Shown here in pieces: positions 61,290-64,000 of a DNA stretch of 64,000 nucleotides. The stretch is from Marsupella aquatica (taxonomy: Eukaryota; Plantae; Marchantiophyta), in the NCBI GenBank assembly GCA_973895155.1, contig OZ316891.1, positions 9,611,875-9,675,874 of the forward strand. Direction: 5' to 3'. Positions within the stretch are counted from its first letter, which is position 1; every line of letters begins with the position of its first letter. The notes under the pieces are model-generated. The model had not been told where the DNA came from and made no database searches. It saw nothing but the letters and a program-made list of their open reading frames with translations. Both the position numbers and the translations under genes were made by a program.

Positions 61290-63471
61290 TCAACTTGTTT
61301 GAAAGACATTTTGTATCATGCCCCTTGGTGCTTCTGCTGCGGCAGACTCTAACCTAGAGACTTCTTGGGAAGTTAAGCGCCAGCCAAGAGCGCCTAGATT
61401 ATCCTTAGCTTGTTTCACATTTTTTACCCCCGGTATAGGAATTGCTCCTTTGCAAATACACCAGTTGATTGCTACCTAAATGCGCACCAAGATACATCGC
61501 AGGTAAGCTGAAAGAAACAAACGAAAGTGGGGAAAGGAACAGAAAGCACTCAAAATGGACCGAGCAAATGCAAAGTGGCCAATTAAGTGGACTTTGCTTA
61601 GTGAGGGAAAATAAACATACCTGTGACACGGTCTTCTTTCTCTTTTCTGCAATTGATTCCATCAACTGGAGGAGAGGTCCTAAACCGGGTAAAATCTGCC
61701 CAAAGAGGAAACCGCTGCAGAGATTTTGGCTTGGGTTAGATTATGGCCAGCAAGCTCTAGTAGACTCCCTCACATCCATGGGGCACGGTTAACTAAACAA
61801 GCTTATTCAATCAGAGAATGCCAATACAGCTCAAATGTGAAGGAATTCCTCACCGTGGGCCTGACGGCAACTTCGAGGCAGAGTATTTTCCAGTGAGCAT
61901 CCCTAGACCAAGCGGGCTATAGGCTATCAATGCGATCCCAAGGTCATCACATATGGCTTTCACTTCTCTCTGATCTGGCCCATAGCTTATGAGGGAAAAT
62001 TGGACCTGTCCAATATGCAAATGTAGCACTCAAATTTTAGACTAGAAGTTCCTTTGTTACATTCTATCGTGAGAACCAATTCGAGAAAGTTGAGATAGAA
62101 ACTATGCAAGATTTTCAACCAACCAACCGCCTAGAAAGACTCGGAATAGACCACAAGTGTTTGACGCATACCTGGAGGGCACTAAGAGGCACTCCCTTCC
62201 TTTCGAGATATCGATGCACACGAATAAGCTGCTTAGGGCCATAATTGCTCACCCCAACAGCCTTTACGAGCCCCTGCAAGTTTTGATTATTGGATGTTAT
62301 CACTTGTCATTAATACAATTATATCCTTATCTAAACGATCGATTTTGGGTATAGTTTTCCCGCGGTGACAATTTTAGTGAAGCTCCACAGCTGGGGAAGA
62401 TTTTAAAATTACTATCAATTAATTTGAATTTTGAAGTATAAAATGAGGTAATGCTGTCAAAAGAATATCTGATTTTGAGGATGCAACAGACATGGAGTGT
62501 TGGTAAACTTTAAACTGTATACCTCTTGGTAAACAGCTGCCAGACCATCCCACAGGGCCCGCTCTTGAAAGGGGGCGTAGTTTGAAGCAGACCAATGTAG
62601 CTGCCCAATGCCCAGTTGATCGATCTCTAGCCTCTCTAATGAAGCCCTTCACATTGTGAGACGTACAGAGGATTGTTAACTTAATTGACGCTCACGAGGA
62701 TGCAATACAGAATTACTGTTCAGTTGAAATCTTTTGAAGAATACATCCATCCAATTTCGACGTTCCTTGAAGAATGATAACGAAATTCGTCAATCGTCAT
62801 ACTTGCATGCGTTGACAACCTGGCCCGGTGTCAGCCGCCATGGATACGCAGCAAATTTTGTTGCAATTGCAATGCGCTTCCTCTTCTGTTCCGCTCCTGT
62901 AGCAACATGTCAACCACACCTCTGTTTAAAATGTAAATTGATCTGTCCATTAGAACCTCTCTGCAACATTATCATCGTCCTCTACATTGTCTGCTGAATT
63001 GGACGAATGACTGGAGACTGAGTGAGCGAGACTACCTGGAAACTCCCGGATAAAGTTGCCCAGCAACAGTTCACTACGCCCATTGAGACGACCCGTGCCA
63101 TACGAATCAGCCGTGTCAAACAGATTGACTCCATTCTCCACCGCCAAGTTGAAAACTTGCTGGAGCTCTGCATCCATTGAGGGTTCGTAGTTCCACAACA
63201 ACGTGTTTCCCCACGCCCAAGTCCCAAACCCCATTGGCGATACTGAAAGAGGCCCCACCTTTACCTGTCAGCCACAGCCAAAACACCATCTCCTGCGCCA
63301 TTAGCCTCATTTTCATTCCCATTTCGCAAATTTTCCCATCGCCCACATTTCCACCCACAAAATCTGTTGCATACTCTGAACACATTCTCTCAAGTTGCCA
63401 AAGTCACAGCTCCTGTCGAAGATCTGAGCAGCGGAACATCGTCATACCTCTCGCTTTTGGAAGGGTAGTTG
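61290..63471 (-). CDS. PLR1: Pyridoxal reductase (aldo-keto reductase), PLR1-like, plastid type; first exon not located (probably beyond the window)
   Basis: Exons: 63471-63448 (tentative micro-exon QLPFQKRE), 63264-63036, 62896-62803, 62646-62523, 62273-62172, 62005-61854, 61714-61621, 61475-61290. Motifs: VGPLSVSPMGFGTWAWGN, FDTADSYG, IATKFAAYPWR, GIGQLHWS, GLVKAVGVSNYGP, IAYSPLGLGMLTGKY, QVAINW, MIQNVFQT. Confidence 0.9.
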
Positions 63472-63942
63472 CTGCAAGAGAGACCCCAGGGATGCCCCTA
63501 ATGTTCCCGCCATAGCCAGGATGCTGCAGAGTCTTCTCTAAGAGAAATTTTGACAGTTGACAGATCAGAATCCCATTCGTGAAGTTGGGATGTTCCACAA
63601 TTTCAGGATACTCCAATCCCTGGTTTGGTTAACTCAATGGTAATTTTTCTGTTCCAGAGCTGGCGGATCGATGAGGCCCCAGAAGCTGATTCCTTCAATC
63701 ACCTCGACTAATCAGGGCCTCGGGTACAGTCCCGTGAGAATTTGTACTCCAACTTCAAGTTAGATGTAGATTCAAATCCCCCTGTCACTCAATCCCTTTT
63801 GCCTGACAATTCCTCACCAAAATGGTAAATTCCCAGCATGCTGGTGATGTTAGTGCAGTGGTCTTTCGCATTCAATCGGGGAGTGGATTCTTCGTGAAGC
63901 ACAATACCACAATCTCCAATCCTAAAGGAGTAATTTGCTTCC

Positions 63943-63987
63943 TGTATTTACAGTGTGACAGTAGCTCAATGTCACACTGTAAATACA
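63943..63987. repeat. Perfect 18-bp inverted repeat with a 9-nt loop
   Basis: TGTATTTACAGTGTGACA-GTAGCTCAA-TGTCACACTGTAAATACA. Confidence 0.88.
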
Positions 63988-64000
63988 TTCCTCTACCTGT

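Overview
This is eukaryotic nuclear DNA from a land plant, with GT-AG introns, plant-type tRNAs and a Tnt1-like copia element. It is probably a bryophyte or lycophyte (inference). In order: an intronless PHT1 phosphate transporter with two upstream P1BS motifs; tRNA-Gln(CTG); a pair of tRNA-Leu genes only 12 nt apart, apparently dicistronic; a 12-exon EDS5/DTX46-like MATE transporter; a recent full-length Ty1/copia element (344-bp LTRs, GTCCG target-site duplication) inserted into a TE-associated antisense ORF that can be rebuilt across the insertion; a two-exon BTB/POZ gene; a 15-exon gene of about 3,200 aa; and most of a pyridoxal reductase (PLR1-like) gene. The giant gene is the most interesting object. 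It chains an N-terminal ParB/Srx-like (DNRR) toxin-type domain, a Sen1/Upf1-like SF1B helicase, a RelE/ParE-like fold, a UvrD-like SF1A helicase and TPR-like repeats (TRANK1-like). This resembles a nucleic-acid-sensing conflict or immune system in one polypeptide. One of its introns holds a decayed antisense PLS-type PPR gene. All exon models, lengths and domain calls were made by eye, without database searches.
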